A model generated the notes under the pieces. That model saw only the letters and a program-made list of their open reading frames with translations. It was not told where the DNA came from and ran no database searches. The position numbers and the translations under genes are program-made. This document shows, one piece after another, positions 12,788 to 26,901 of a stretch of 64,000 bases of DNA (position 1 is its first letter; each line of letters opens with the position of its first letter). The DNA is from Mobula hypostoma (taxonomy: Eukaryota). Location of the stretch: contig NC_086119.1 in NCBI RefSeq assembly GCF_963921235.1, positions 46,748,001 through 46,812,000 of the forward strand, given 5' to 3'.

Positions 12788-13160
12788 ACAACACGCTGGA
12801 GGAACTCAGCAGGCCGGGCAGCATCCGTGGAAACGATCAGTCAACGTTTCGGGCTGGAACCCTTCGTCAGGACTGTAGAGGGGAGGGGGCAGAGGCCCTA
12901 TAAAGAAGGTGGGGGTGAGTGGGAAGGAGAAGGCTGGTAGGTTCCAGGTGAAGAACCAGTAACGGGAAAGATAAAGGGGTAGGGGAGGGGAAGCGGGGAG
13001 GTGATAGGCAGGAAAGGTGAAGAAGGAATAGGGGAAAACACAATGGGTAGTAGAAGGAGGCGGAACGAAGAGGGAAGTGATAGGCAGCTGGGGGAGGGGG
13101 CAGAGTGACATGGGGATAGGGGAAGGGAGGGGGAGGGAATTACCAGAAGTTGGATAATTC
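12788..13160 (-). mobile_element. Penelope-like terminal repeat copy
   Basis: closely matches 6695-7063. Confidence 0.85.
12838..12875 (-). ncRNA. Minimal type I hammerhead ribozyme motif (GUU site)
   Basis: minus strand cagtc-CTGACGA-A-gggttccagccc-GAAAC-GTT-gactg: helix I cagtc/gactg, helix II, palindromic ACGT helix III. Confidence 0.65.
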
Positions 13161-16100
13161 TGTGTTAACTACCTTTATTTTTTCTATCATCAACTACCTG
13201 TGGCAGAGCATTCTATGCTCTCACCAATCTCCCTGTACAAAACATACCTCTAACATCCCCCGTATACTTTCCTCCAATCACTTTATAAACATGCCCCCTA
13301 ATATTAGTGACTTCCACCCTGGGAATGAAGTCTCTGGCTATCTATGCCCCTTATCATCTTGCACACCTCTGTCAGGTCAGCTCTCATCTTCCTTCGCTCC
13401 AAACAGACAATCTCTAGTTTGCCTAGGCTACCCTCATAAGGCATGCTCTCTAATCCAGACAGCATCCTCTGCGCACTCTCTAAGGCTTCTTCATCTTCCC
13501 TATACTGAGGTGGCCAAATATGAACACAATACTGCAAGTGTGGTCTAGCCAGTGTCTTATAGAGCTGCAGTATTACTTCACAGCTCCGGAGCTCAGTTCT
13601 CCTATTTAGCTGTTCCATTTCTTTTTAGTTATAAGGCTGAGTAAGTGTGAGCATTTTCACCCAGGTTATTTGTGAATCCTCTGGCCAGACTGAAACCAGC
13701 TTTTATCCCACAGTTATCAGACCCTTGAATGGACCTCTCATATGCGAAAGACCGAACCTTTATCTCCCAATTTACTATGCTGTGGCCTTGCACTTTTCCT
13801 TTACCCTCACTACACTTTATTTATAACTACAACATTGTAGTCTACATTCTGTCTTTCTTTTTTTCTTATGTATGGCATGATCTGATTGGATGGCATACAA
13901 ACAAAAACTTTTCACCATATCTTGGTACAAGTGACAATAATATAGAAATACCATTAGATTTCCGGTGGAAGTTTCATCTATATTAGCTTATGTTTGCCAT
14001 GTTTGTAATATACTGTGCTGCTGCTGATAAAAAATGCTCATTTCCATAGTATTATTGACTACGTACGTATCCCTATGACGACAATATACTTGAACTTGAA
14101 TTTGACAATATGCAGGATGAACCAGTATTGGAGTAGGAAAAAGTACCAGCTCATGTACAATTCTGGCATATAGTTGAAGTATTTTGTACCTTGCTGTGCA
14201 ATACCAACCCTAGAGATTATACTGCTCCCTCCCAGGCAATAACTTGGCTTGTACTTCCTGAGGGAAGGCAGTGGAAAGATGATTCCGTCGACATGTTTGA
14301 ACTTACTGCCTGTTATGCTACTGACGTTTAGGGCAGCAATGAAAGTTCTCCATCTCTGGCAGTGTTCAGGGTTTCCTTCATCGTGTCAGCAGCTTCCTCT
14401 CGGCTTTCACTACTGTCAGGTCCCGGGTGGAGACTCAGGAATACCATTGCATTTAGATGTAGAAGGACTCTTCATTGCTGTTTCCATAACAATTTTGTTT
14501 TATAGTCAGGTTTGTTGGCCCTGAGCTGAACCCCTGAACCTGGAGGACCGGTGGACCACTCTTAATCTATCCTCTACACTTTGATCTGTTTGGCATGGGT
14601 GATCCTACCAAGAGCCAAAGCATAAAGCCCAGACTCCAGCCAACATCGCTCTCTGGGTCACTGAGGCACGCAAGTCTCCAAACCACAACAAGGTTGTGGT
14701 CCTCTTGGAGGTGATGTATTTGAAGCACGGCTTGGAATGGCAGCATAGCAGTTAGCATAACGCTTTACAGCCCCAGTGACCCAGGTTCAAATCCCACTGC
14801 TGTCTATGAGGAGTGTCTACTTTCTCCTTTCTCCATGTGTTTCCTCCTGAATTCCAAAGATGTATAGGTGAGTAACTCGCGGGCATGCGATGTGGGCACT
14901 GAAGCATGGGGACGCTTGTGAGCTGCCTCCAGCACATCCTTGGACAGTGTTAGCCATGGACGCGAATGAAGCACCTCACTGTATGTTTCGATGTACATGT
15001 GACAGACAAAACTTATCTTTATCTTTAAGCATCTGATAGTTTAGCTGGAAAGAAAATGGCTCCTTTCCAGGGCAAAAGAAAAAGAAAGCCGGGAGAACTC
15101 AGTGGGTCAAACAAAATCAGCGGAGGTAAAACATGCAAGTCAAAGTTTCGGGTTGAGACCCTGCATCAGGACTGAAAGGGAAGAGGAAGGATTGCCAGTA
15201 GCTAGCAGTACAATGGAGATGGGATAGGGGATAGGTGGAATGAGATGGGGAGGGGACTATAGGCAGTTAGAACCAGGTGAGGGGAGAGGATTCGGAAGGG
15301 GAGATGGTCAGATAGGTGAAGAGAGAGAATAAAATGAAGTAGACAGCGCAACATGACCCACCCAGCCAACACACTTTTCGTCCCTCTTCCCTCCGGGAGA
15401 AGGCTCAGGAGCTTGAAGACTCGTACGGCCAGATTTCCCAGCTTCTTTCCAACTGTGATAAGACTGCTGAATGGATCCTGATCTGGATCTGGGCCGGACC
15501 CTCCAAATATCCGGACCTGCATCTCGGTTTTTTTTGCACTACCTTACTTTCCATTTTTCTATTTTCTATTTATGATACATAATTTAAATTTTTAATATTT
15601 ACTATTGATTTGTAATCCAGGGAGTGGGAAGTGCAGAATCAAATATCGCTATGATGATTGTACATTCTAGTATCAATTGTTTGGCGACAATAAAGTATAA
15701 AGTATGTGTGAGAGAAGAGCCCCAAAGCTGCAAATGGAAAAGAGGGCTTTATTATAAATGGTAGTGCAAGGCAGGAAGTTAGGAAGCAGTTTCCCACGCA
15801 AAAAAAATAGCACTTTCTGCCTGAAAACAGAGGGAACACTGAAGCTTTCAAGACTGAGATCAACATGTTTTTGTTGGGTAGCCATGGAGAGGATAAGGAA
15901 CAGCTGTGGCAAAATATAGTTTTCAAAATATTTTTATTAGAATAACACATTTAATGGCAGTGCTACCAAATAAAGTTTGACAATGTGCTACAGATTAAGG
16001 GACTGCTAATAGTAAAGCTCAAAGAGGTAGATCTCATGGAGTGAAAGCCACTGTGGCGGGGGCTCTGTAACACAGCTCCTAGGCTGCAGATAATGGACCA

Positions 16101-17467
16101 ACTAAAGTCAGAATCCCTCAATGTGCAGGAACTCGAGAAGGATTGTAGAACTAGAGCATATTATCGCCACAGGTGCATTTGGAAACATAGGTGGAAACTT
16201 TAAAATTGGGGCATTGTTTAACAGAAAGCTAGAGTAGGCCAGTGAGCAGAGTAATTTTTTTATTATTGTCAAATGTATCAAGGCACTGTGTAAAACTTGC
16301 CTTACATACTGTTCACACAGAATATTTAATTACAACAGTGCATTGAGGTAGTGCAAGGTAAAGCAGCAATGGAGTGCAGAATAAAGCGTTACAGAGAAAT
16401 TGCACTGCAGGTAGATCATAAAGTGCAAGGTCATAATGAGGAAGACTGTGAGATCAAGTGTCTATCTTATTGTAAACGGGAATTGTTCAATAGCCTTATA
16501 ACAGCTGAATAGTGTCGAGTATTTAATATTTCAGTAATATTTGAGTAATCTTGTAAATGTAAGCATTCTTTGTTTAAGTAATTCATTATGGGTTACAATA
16601 TATGTAAAAGTAAGTGAATTGCGTACACCATGACACTACCATATTATATGTGCGCGCCTCACCTAAAGTAAAAACGAAGAACCATGACTTATCTCCCAAA
16701 TCACTTGTTTTCCTTTTAATTAGGTTTCATGTTTTGAAGTTACAAAACATAACAGTGGCGATGAGGTATTTTTAAAATGAACCCGATACGATTACCTACC
16801 TGTGGAAGTTCAGCGAAATATTTGTGCTTTAAAAAAAAGCAGCAGCACAGCATGTGTTCTTTGGAAGATAAGACAGAATCGAGTTTTTTTTTAATTCAGA
16901 AAACTGATGAGTTCACGTGCTAATAAACAGTGAGTACTGGGTGATAATAATTATTAAAAAAAAAGCTGACTATATTGGGAAGATTGATGCATTTGATCAC
17001 ACAGCAGATAACTGGATTTTGTATGCTGTACCAATTCTGTTGTGTGCATTGGGTTTAAAGTTGGTTTGCTGAAATGTTTGACTGCTCCAATCAAACCAGC
17101 AGAAATGAGCTTTGCTGCTATTGTGAAAGTAATGCAGGAACATTTAGAACCAAAACTATTGTTGATTGCAGAACAGTTTAGGTTTCATAAGCTGAAACAA
17201 AAGGAAGGGGAGTCCATTCTATCTTATGTGGCTGAATTGAAGAGATTGTCTGAGCATTGTCAGTTCAGTGATGGGCTTAATGTTGCACTGAGAGATCATT
17301 TAGTCTGTGGAATCTTACAAGAAATCATTCAAAAATGGCTTCTAACTGAAACACAAATATTTGAAAGAGCATTTGAATAGCTGTATTAATGGAAACAGCA
17401 GATGGAGATGCAATTGAATTGTTTTCAGTTATGAAAGTGAGCATGAACAAAATTGCAGAGTCTAGAC

Positions 17468-17532
17468 CAAGGGTTCCCAAGCTTTTATTATGCCATGGAC
17501 TCCTACCATCGACGCCAGGTTGGGAACCCCTT
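17468..17532. mobile_element. hAT-type MITE inserted in gag; relatives at 31741-31813 and 38612-38690
   Basis: TIRs caagggttccca...tgggaacccctt with 8-bp TSD GTCTAGAC/GTCTAGAT. Confidence 0.75.
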
Positions 17533-18261
17533 GTCTAGATGGTGGCCTGTGTGGCCAAACAAATTGTGCTACTGTTGTGCCAGAGGCTCACATACACCAG
17601 AACAATATAAATTTAAAGGCCAAATTTGCAGAAAATGCAACAAGGCAGGACACATACAAAGAGCATGTCAGGCAGACAAATATAAATGGACTGCACAGTG
17701 AAGAGATAAAGATAAAAAGTCAAGTTGAAGTTTCAAAAAGAACACTAATCTGAATGCTGTTGTAGAAGCTTCTGATAATGATGAGAGTGTTACAGGACTG
17801 TGTAGCCTTGAGAACTACAATGTGAAAACTAACAAAAAATGAGAAATGTGGCTTACACCAGAAATGAATGGCAAATTAATTAAAATAGAATCGGATACTG
17901 GCTCAGCTGTTTCAGTCATTCCACAACATGAGTTTGAATATTTCAAAGATACTGAACGGAAACCCTCAGATATCCAACCAAGAACTTATACTGGAGACAA
18001 GTTAATTCTGGTGGAAATTACATTTGTAGCAGTGAAATATAATAACCACCAGGTCACATTGGGCTTGTATGCGGTTAAAAACAGTACGGACATTGTTGTG
18101 GGGACTACTGAGACTACTACAACTTGATTGGCGATCCGTCCTCCATTTGCATGCCATTTTCGCGAGAGTCAACTGAAGGCAAGTTAAGAAAGATACTGGA
18201 TGATGCCACAACTGTCATCATGCTGCACACCATGAACCATTGCCTAACAGAGGGCAAATGG

Positions 18262-18885
18262 GTGTTGACGCCAACCTCTGTGCCTCTGGTTGGAAAACAT
18301 ATTGGACTAAAGAAGGACTATTTTGCTCATAGGAATCATGAAAGTAATGAAAGCAGGGGCCCAACTACAACTGTTTTTGCCAGTAACGTATCTGAGAAAG
18401 CCTCTGTATGTTAATCAGGTAGTTGCATGTGACATGTGGCTTGGTTTTAAGCTGGAAGAGAGTTCAAGGAGCTTCAAAAAAGTTGCAAGCATTCGGCTTT
18501 TGTGAGCTTAAAGAGCTCAGAATTTGCTCTGCGTGCATTATGGTTATTGCATGAACTTCAAGTGGGAGACAAAAAGATGCTGGTAAAAGTAGATGCAAAG
18601 ACCGAACCCAGCTGGGTGAATGGAAGGCCAAGAGAACTGTGTCAGTGGATATATGAAAACTGAGGAATCATCAGGTGATATTGTGGATGAGGAAATTTAG
18701 AGGAGAGATCAGTTCGTAAAGGGAGTATAAAAGAAGGATTAATAGACAATACCTCAGTGCACCTTCCCAAGATCAAGATACACATTCTAAAAAGAAGAAA
18801 AAGAGCAGGAAAAAGAGAGAAAGAAGTAGTGACTGGGAGAAGCAAGGATTGAAGTAGATTCAGAGAGAAAAACTGAGAAAAAAGG
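18262..18885 (+). pseudogene. RBM25: Processed RBM25 cDNA fragment (RRM region) inside the LTR element
   Basis: translates across frameshifts to VGKH...GPTTTVFASNVSEKAS / MLIR*L..CGLVLSWKRVQGASKKLQAFGFCE / LLHELQVGDKKMLVKVDAKT / DEEI*RRDQ / APSQDQDTHSKKKKK, matching the RBM25 N-terminus as I recall it; no introns. Confidence 0.88.
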
Positions 18886-19619
18886 AAGAAAGCTGCTCAG
18901 AGCTCTCTTGGACCGCTTCCTGCAGTCTCGGAATGTGTACAACCACCATAGAGGAGGGCCTAGAATCTGAGACTGTTTCCACAGCCACAGGTCTCACCTG
19001 CCAAGCAGAGTGACCTCCCTTGTCAAGAAAGACAGTATCCCACAAGGGCAAGGAATCCTTCACAACGATTAAATCTTTAGGCCTGAATAGGACAATTTAA
19101 AATTTGACTATGCTGTAGATGTCTATATATAGTTGTATTATATGGTATACTGTATATAGAGTTTAGATATATTCTCTATTGACTTCGAGCTGATAGCTAA
19201 GCAGGGAGGAGTGTTGTGTATTTAATATTTCAGTAATATTTGAGTAACCTTGTAAATATGTTGTCGATTAAGCATTCTTTATTTACATAACTTGTTATGG
19301 ATTATATGTAAAAATAAGTGAATTGCTACATGTGTGCCTCGCTTAAAATAAAAGCAAAGTGCATGAATTATCTTCCGACTCTTGCTTTGATTTCAATTAG
19401 TTTTAATGTATTGAAGTTACAAAATATAACAGATGGAAGCTGTCCTTGAGCCTGGTGGTATCTGCTTTCAGACTTTTGTATCTTCTGTCCAATGGAAGAG
19501 GGGAGAGGAGAGAATGTCCAGAGTGGGTGGGTCTTTGATTATGCTGGCTACTTTACTGAGCAGTGAGAAAAATAGGTAGAGTTCACGGAGGGGAGGTTGA
19601 CTTCTGTGATGTACCTATC

Positions 19620-21220
19620 ACCACAAGAGAGCCACAGTGAACGCAACTTCATTGGCTCGCCACTCAGCCCTGAACCACCTGGACAATAGCAATAACCGCA
19701 TCAGGCCGCTGTTTATTAATGACAGCTCACATTCAGCTCCATCATACCCTCCATACTAATCAACAGTTCAAAAATCTGGGCCTTTGTACCTCCCTCTTAA
19801 CGTCCTTAACCAACGTAACGTCATCATCAGGAGACCACAGTCAGTGCAGATTGAAATAACATCTCCTCCTCTTGGACAGTTAACACTGGTGCACTTGAAG
19901 AATGCATGCTTAGCCCACCGGTCACTCCTTCTCTCTACATCCATGACTGTGTGGTTAGGCACAGCGCAATTGCCACATATAAATTCACCAATGACAACTA
20001 TAGTTGGCAGGATTTAGGATGGTGATGAGGAGGCGTACCAAAATGGGATGGATCAGCTGGTTGAGTGGTGTCTCAGTACCAATCTTGCACTGAATGTCAG
20101 TAAAACCAAGCAATTGATTGTGGACTTCAGGAAGGGAAAGTCGAGGGAACACACTCCAGTCCTCTTCGAGGGATCAGCAGTGGAAAGGGTGAGCAGATTC
20201 AAGTTCCCGAGTGTCAACATCTCCGAAGATCTATCCTGGGCCCAACGTATTGATGCAATCACGAAGAAGGCACAGCAATGGCTATATTTCATTAGGAGTT
20301 TGAGGAGATTTGGTATGTCACCAAAGACTCTAGCAAATTTCTACAGAGGTACGGTTCTGTGGAGAGCATTCTAACTGGTTGCATCACCTTCTGGTATGGA
20401 GGGGCCACAGCACAGGATCAGAAAAAGCTGCAGCAAGTTGCAAATTCAGCCAGCTCCACCATGGGTACTAGCATCCCCACCATCGACGACACCTTCAAAA
20501 GGCGATGACTCAAAAATGCGGCATCCATCATTAAGGACCGCCGTTACCCATGACGCGCCCTCTTTGCATTGCCACCATCAAGAAGCAGGTACAGGAGCCT
20601 GAAGAAACACACTCAATGCTTAAGAACAGCTTCTTCCCCTCCACCATCAGATTTCTGAACGGACAGTAAACCCAGGTCTGGTGAGCGTCCTTAGCTATAG
20701 CATCAACGTGGTTGGACCAGGAAAGGCTTTTAGTAAAGGTCACTCCCAGGAATTGGAAGCTCTTAACGTTTTCGGCCTCAGCACTGTTGACATAAACAGG
20801 AGCATGAACACCACCTCCCTTCCTGAAGTTGCTTTTGTTTTGCTGACAATGAGGGAACGGTTATTGTCATGACACCATGTTACTAACCTCTCTATTTCCT
20901 TCCTGTACCTTGACTCATTGTTATTTGAGATACGGCCCACTATGGTGACATCATCTGCAAGCTTGTGGATGGAGCTGGCTCTGGCCATGCAGTCGTGAGT
21001 GCATGGGGAGTGGGGGGGGGGCTAACGACAGAAGCTCGTGCTGAGAATAATTGTGGAGCTGTTGCTACCTATCCCTGTTGATTACAGTCTGTTGGTCAGG
21101 AAGTCAAGAATCCAGTTGCAAGGGGCAGTGTTGAGTCTCGGCTCTCAGAGTTTGGAGATGAGTTTGATTATAGTATTGAAGGCAGAGTTGTAGTCAATAA
21201 ACAATAGTCTAATGTAAGGT
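19620..21220. mobile_element. Two Rex1/Babar-like LINE pieces (plus 19620-20670, minus 20670-21220)
   Basis: NLALNVSKTKQLIVDFRK on plus; HKLADDVTIVGRIS on minus. Confidence 0.85.
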
Positions 21221-21552
21221 TAATGGAGGAATGTAATTTCATCATAACATCATCAGTAGGATGAACTAAGCATGTGTATAAACTGTACAATGTTTATATT
21301 CACTGTTACTGGCCCAGCATATGCAAGCTATGTAAATGACTCATTTGTGTCATAGAGTCATTCAGCACGGAAGCAGACTTTCAGCCCACTATGACCATGC
21401 CAGCCACCAAGTGCCTATCTCTGCTGATCCCATCTTCCAGAACTCGGCTCACAACTCTGGCTCGGCATTTCAAGTAATCATATAAATTCCTCATAAATGT
21501 TGTGAGAATACCTGCCTCCTCTGCTCCCTCAGGCAGTGCATGAGAATTGTGT

Positions 21553-23285
21553 TATAGAAACATAGAAACATAGAAAATAGGTGCAGGAGTAGGCCATTCG
21601 GCCCTTCGAGCCTGCACCGCCATTTATTATGATCATGGCTGATCATCCAACTCAGAACCCAGCCTTCCCTCCATACCCCCTGACCCCTGTAGCCACAAGG
21701 GCCATATCTAACTTCCTTTTAAACATAGCTAATGAACTGGCCTCAACAGTTTGCTGTGGCAGAGAATTCCACAGATTCACCACTCTCTGTGTGAAGAAGT
21801 TTTTCCTAACCTTGGTCCTAAAAGGCTTCCCCTCTATCCTCAAACTGTGACCCCTCGTTCTAGACCTCCCCAACATCGGGAACAATCTTCCCGCATCTAG
21901 CCTGTCCAATCCCTTTAGGATCTTATACGTTTCAATCAGATCCCCCCTCAATCTTCTAAATTCCAACGAGTACAAGCCCAGTTCATCCAGTCTTTCTTCA
22001 TATGAAAGACCTGCCATCCCAGGAATCAATCTGGTGAACCTTCTTTGTACTCCCTCTATGGCAAAGATGTCTTTCCTCAGATTAGGGGACCAAAACTGCA
22101 CACAATACTCCAGGTGTGGTCTCACCAAGGCCTTGTACAACTGCAGTAGTACCTCCCTGCTCCTGTACTCGAATCCTCTCGCTATAAATGCCAGCATACC
22201 GTTCGCCTTTTTCACCGCCTGCTGTACCTGCATGCCCACTTTCAATGACTGGTGTATAATGACACCCAGGTCTCGTTGCACCTCCCCTTTTCCTAATCGG
22301 CCACCATTCAGATAATAATCTGTTTTCCTATTTTTGCCACCAAAGTGGATAACTTCACATTTATCCACATTAAATTGCATCTGCCATGAGTTTGCCCACT
22401 CACCCAACCTATCCAAGTCACCCTGCATCCTCTTAGCATCCTCCTCACTGCTAACGCTGCCACCCAGCTTTGTGTCATCCGCAAACTTGGAGATGCTGCA
22501 TTTAATTCCCTCATCCAAGTCATTAATATATATTGTAAACAACTGGGGTCCCAGCACTGAGCCTTGCGGTACCCCACTAGTCAACGCCTGCCATTCTGAA
22601 AAGGTCCCGTTTATTCCCACTCTTTGCTTCCTGTCTGCTAACCAATTCTCCACCCACACCAATACCTTACCCCCAATACCGTGTGCTTTAAGTTTGCACA
22701 CTAATCTCCTGTGTGGGACCTTGTCAAAAGCCTTTTGAAAATCCAAATATACCACATCCACTGGTTCTCCCCTATCCAGTCTACTAGTTACATCCTCAAA
22801 AAATTCTATGAGATTCATCAGACATGATTTTCCTTTCACAAATCCATGCTGACTTTGTCCGATCATTTCACCGCTTTCCAAATGTGCTGTTATCACATCC
22901 TTGATAACTGACTCCAGCAGTTTCCCCACCACCGACGTTAGGCTAACCGGCCTATAATTCCCCGGTTTCTCTCTCCCTCCTTTTTTAAAAAGTGGGGTTA
23001 CATTAGCCACCCTCCAATCCTCAGGAACTAGTCCAGAATCTAACGAGTTTTGAAAAATTATCACTAATGCATCCACTATTTCTTGGGCCACTTCCTTAAG
23101 CACTCTGGGATGCAGACCATCTGGCCCTGGGGATTTATCTGCCTTCAATCCCTTCAATTTACCTAACACCACTTCCCTACTAACATGTATTTCGCTCAGT
23201 TCCTCCATCTCACTGGACCCTCTGTCCCTTACTATTTCTGGAAGATTATTTATGTCCTCCTTAGTGAAGACAGAACCAAAGTAAT
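21553..23285 (-). mobile_element. Young 5'-truncated CR1 LINE with uninterrupted 518-aa RT ORF
   Basis: KSPGPDG, NYRPVSLTS, DFQKAFDKVPH, GVPQGSVLGP, FADD; tail repeat (catagaaa)n. Confidence 0.95.
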
Positions 23286-26171
23286 ATTATATTGGGATAG
23301 TCCCAAATCATATGCTACCTTTCCAAACAGAGGGGCACAATGAGTTTCAGGACTGTGGTAAGAATACAAGAAGATGGGAGCAGGAGCATTTGGTCCCACA
23401 GATCTGATCTGTTATTCAACGCAATCATGGTAGATCATCTGCTCTGTGCCTGTTTCAAATAGCCTGCAATTTGCATCTTAATGTATGAAAGGTGCTATGT
23501 AAGTAAAGTTATTATTATTAATTCCCTGATCTTTTAGATAGAGATCTGCTTCCTCTTATGTTACTCTAATGATCTAGAATTCTCAATTCTCTAGAATAGA
23601 GAATTCCCAAGATTTACCGATTTCTATAAGAACGTGGGTTTCTAGAGTTCTGGCAGTAATGCAGCCTTACTGCGAGGTATGACAAGGAATTGTGTTTGAC
23701 CAACTGGGCGAACAAGGAACTCGGGCAGCAGCATATCAGAATTGAAACAAATCAGAAAAAGCTGGAAACACTCAGCAGGTCAGTCAGCATCTGCAGTGAG
23801 AGAAACAGAATAAATATTTCAGGATCAAACCCGGGTCTTGTGCGGCATTAGCACTTACTGCTGCTCCTCCATTGCCACCCAGTATTTACAAAGAGAAGAT
23901 GTATGTTTGGATGCACAAGTTTGCAAGTGCTGGAATCTGGAGCAACAAACAAGATGCTGGAGGGAAAACTACAGAGAAGCATCTGTGCAGGAAATGGACA
24001 GCTGACATTTCAGGCCAAGACCTTTCAGCGGAGTTGAAAGACAGAGGGGAGGTAGCCAGATTTACCTTTACCTGTTTTACATCTGCATGAGCTGTGCTAC
24101 TTGTGAACTCATGGGACAACAGTCCTAAGTTTGTATCATTTCTTTCAAATGGAAGGCTGCAGGCCTGTTAGTGGGCCAGTTTTACCATAATGCCCATCCT
24201 CACTGGGGCTCCCCTTGCAGGACTTCATGTCCCTTACCCAGGAGACTATTGAATTGGTTCAGTTAAACACTTAGTAAACCAAAACAAACCTAATGAGTTG
24301 TTATTTTAAGAGGTCATCCAACTGGATTTACATCAGAATCAAGTTTATTATCTCTGACATATGTCACAAAATCTGTTGTTTTCTGGCACCAGTACAGTGC
24401 ATGAGAAAAACATTGTTATAAGTTAGAATAAATGAATAGTGTGAAAGAGGAATAGTGAGCTAGGGTTCAGGGGATCATGGACCATTCAGAGATCTGATGA
24501 CTGAGGGGAAGAAGCTATTCCTTAAGCATTGGGCACGGGTCTTTAGGCTCCCTGATAGTATTAATGAGAAGACGATATATCCCGGATCCTTGATGATGGA
24601 TTCCACTATTTGAAGATGTCCTTGACGTAGGCAACGGTTGTGTTCATGATGGGACTGGCTAAGTGTACAGTTTCAATCCTGCACATTGGAGTCTAATACC
24701 GAGCAATAATGCAACCAGTCAGAATGCTCTCCACCATACATCTGCTAGTCATTGGTGACACGCCAGATTTCCTCAACTTCAGACCGTTCAGCAATAATTG
24801 TGAGGTTGCCGTGCATCATAATACAGTGCTGGGAGAATGTAATCAGACATGGCATGGATCTCTGAATCTCTGCAATATGGCTTAACATAACCAATTATGC
24901 ATGGCTGGTAAAGGCTCCACAGAGCTTTAATTGGAAAACCACCAACTATTTATGTTCAATGAGGCTTCACACATTCATTGCTAATGGTCCTCCTCTATTT
25001 GTACGGTTTCAATTGCCTGGTTGTCCTTTTCAAAATCAAACACAGATTAGTTTGTGAGTTGACTGCCCTTAGGGTTGTTCACTTTTTCTCCGATCTGCAG
25101 AAGCTGGGGATCATTAAGAGTGTTTCTGAGCTTGGATTTTCTCCAAAGACAGGCTACTTGCATGGTAATGTCATTACTAAGATTTTGCTGGTGTCTGATT
25201 AAAATATGGTTGAAATGTGGAGAGCTATGAAATAATATATCTAGCACAGCTGTTTATCTAAATGTGCCACTAATGTAACCTGAACATTGCCTAAGTAAGT
25301 TGAAACAACTGAACATCTTCAAGATTTATCAATATATTGCATATTTTCACAGTTTACTTAAGTATTAACAAGATCTGTTGAACCAGCTTGTTTGTTAATG
25401 GAAGTATTTGCATTTTGAATAAAAGTATTAGACAAATATGTTATTAACATGTTAAAGGCAAGCATGTAAGATATTTGCTAAGTTGATTGAGGTATTAACT
25501 AGGTTAAATGAAATGCATGTAAAATGTTTAAGTTGTGTATCTTGATTACCAGAGGCTTCTTAAAACAACAGGTACAGCTGCCCAACACTGTGCATTCTGT
25601 GTCCTGATTTGCACCATCTCATTGACCACTGCTCCTGTCCACAGTGACCTACAGCAGGTTCAGTAGCAATACTTTTATTTAGAAATTCTCCTCCTTGGAT
25701 TAGATTTCCCTCATTACCTGTTCCTTTCCTATGTAAACTCCTTCAATCCTAGAACTTGCTGAAATTAAGTCTTCCTGCTCTTTCTTGGACCACATCAGCC
25801 AAGAAGCTTCCAGCTTTGGAATTGCCTCTCAAAATCTGCATCTTCTGAGAATGGCATCTTTATCCTACAATTGTGCATGACTTTGGTCAAGTATTTCCTG
25901 ATGTCAATGGCAGTCACTCTTAGCACTGGAGTTTAGCTTTTTGATCCATGGTGTGGCAGTGTCTAGAGCTGAGTGGTCCTGGCATAATCTAAATTGAACG
26001 CACTGTTATTGACACCTTTCCTTACCCGGTTGAGGAGTTAGAGTAGAAATGTGGTGGGACAGACCAGATTGGTTTTGACCCACTTTCAGTGACTTGGGTT
26101 AATTCCTGACTTTGTGTGGGTTTCCGCCGGTTCCTACAACATTGCAAAAAAAACTGTCAGTACTCCTTTAA

Positions 26172-26175
<4 letters not shown>

Positions 26176-26212
<37 letters not shown>
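26176..26212. repeat. (TG)n microsatellite
   Basis: direct inspection. Confidence 0.97.
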
Positions 26213-26216
<4 letters not shown>

Positions 26217-26841
26217 CGTAGCTTCCGCACTTACTTAGAATGTATAGTTCCAAATCAGGATGTTGTGTGCGAACTGTAGGGAAACCTGCCATCTTTATTG
26301 GTGGTAGAAGTTGCTGATTTGGAAGAAGATGTTGTAGTAGCTTGGGCAAGCAACTGCATTGGATTTTGTGAATGGTATGCATAACAGACTAGGTACAGCA
26401 GTGGCAGTAGGAGTGAACATTTAGGGTGGTGGACTAGGAGTCATTCAGATGAATTGCTTAATCCTGGATAATGATGAACATATTGAGTTATTGGAATTGT
26501 GGCCATGAAGGTAAATGGAGAGTACTCAAATCAGATTCCTGACTTATGCCATGTAGATGGTTGGAAAGAATTTGGGATGCCAGGGAATGACCCATGCTTC
26601 AGAGTCTAACCTCTAACATGCTCCAGTACTTAAGTGGCAGGTCTAGCTGAGTTTCTGGTCGAGTATGATACCCAGGATGTCGATGGTGTTGGAGCTGCTG
26701 ATGGTAAAGCTGACAGCTGATGTTCAATTCTTTCCCACTGGAGATGGTCTTTGTGTGGCTCTGTTTGAATTTGTCATTAAGGACTGGATGTTTTACAGGA
26801 TCTACCACTTACTGCCATCTTTTCCCCCTGAAACTTTACAG

Positions 26842-26901
26842 ATGAAAAACACTCAAGGTAGAAAGACTCCAAGAAATAAGGGAAGTCGTCAATCTGCTAA
26901 G
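26842..26901 (+). CDS. TTSP-like pseudoprotease, exon 1 (cytoplasmic tail MKNTQGRKTPRNKGSRQSAK)
   Basis: tttacag|ATG...AAG|gtaaat. 60 nt, phase 0 matches the next exon; basic tail typical of type II membrane proteins. The AG directly before the ATG implies a further upstream exon. Confidence 0.65.

Larger units (their letters stand above)
16513..19431 (+). mobile_element. Internally deleted Gypsy LTR retrotransposon (LTRs 16513-16754 and 19212-19431)
   Basis: direct TG...CA repeats, PBS-like TGGCGATGAGG, PPT GCAGGGAGGAG, gag (RFHKLKQKEGES), CCHC knuckle, protease DTGSAVS, integrase tail; degenerate TSD AATAG/GATGG; splits a LINE tail. Confidence 0.92.

Noticed and set aside
18124-18505. Functional RBM25 gene or gag-RBM25 fusion protein
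   Set aside because: Multiple frameshifts and in-frame stops; only a fragment is present.
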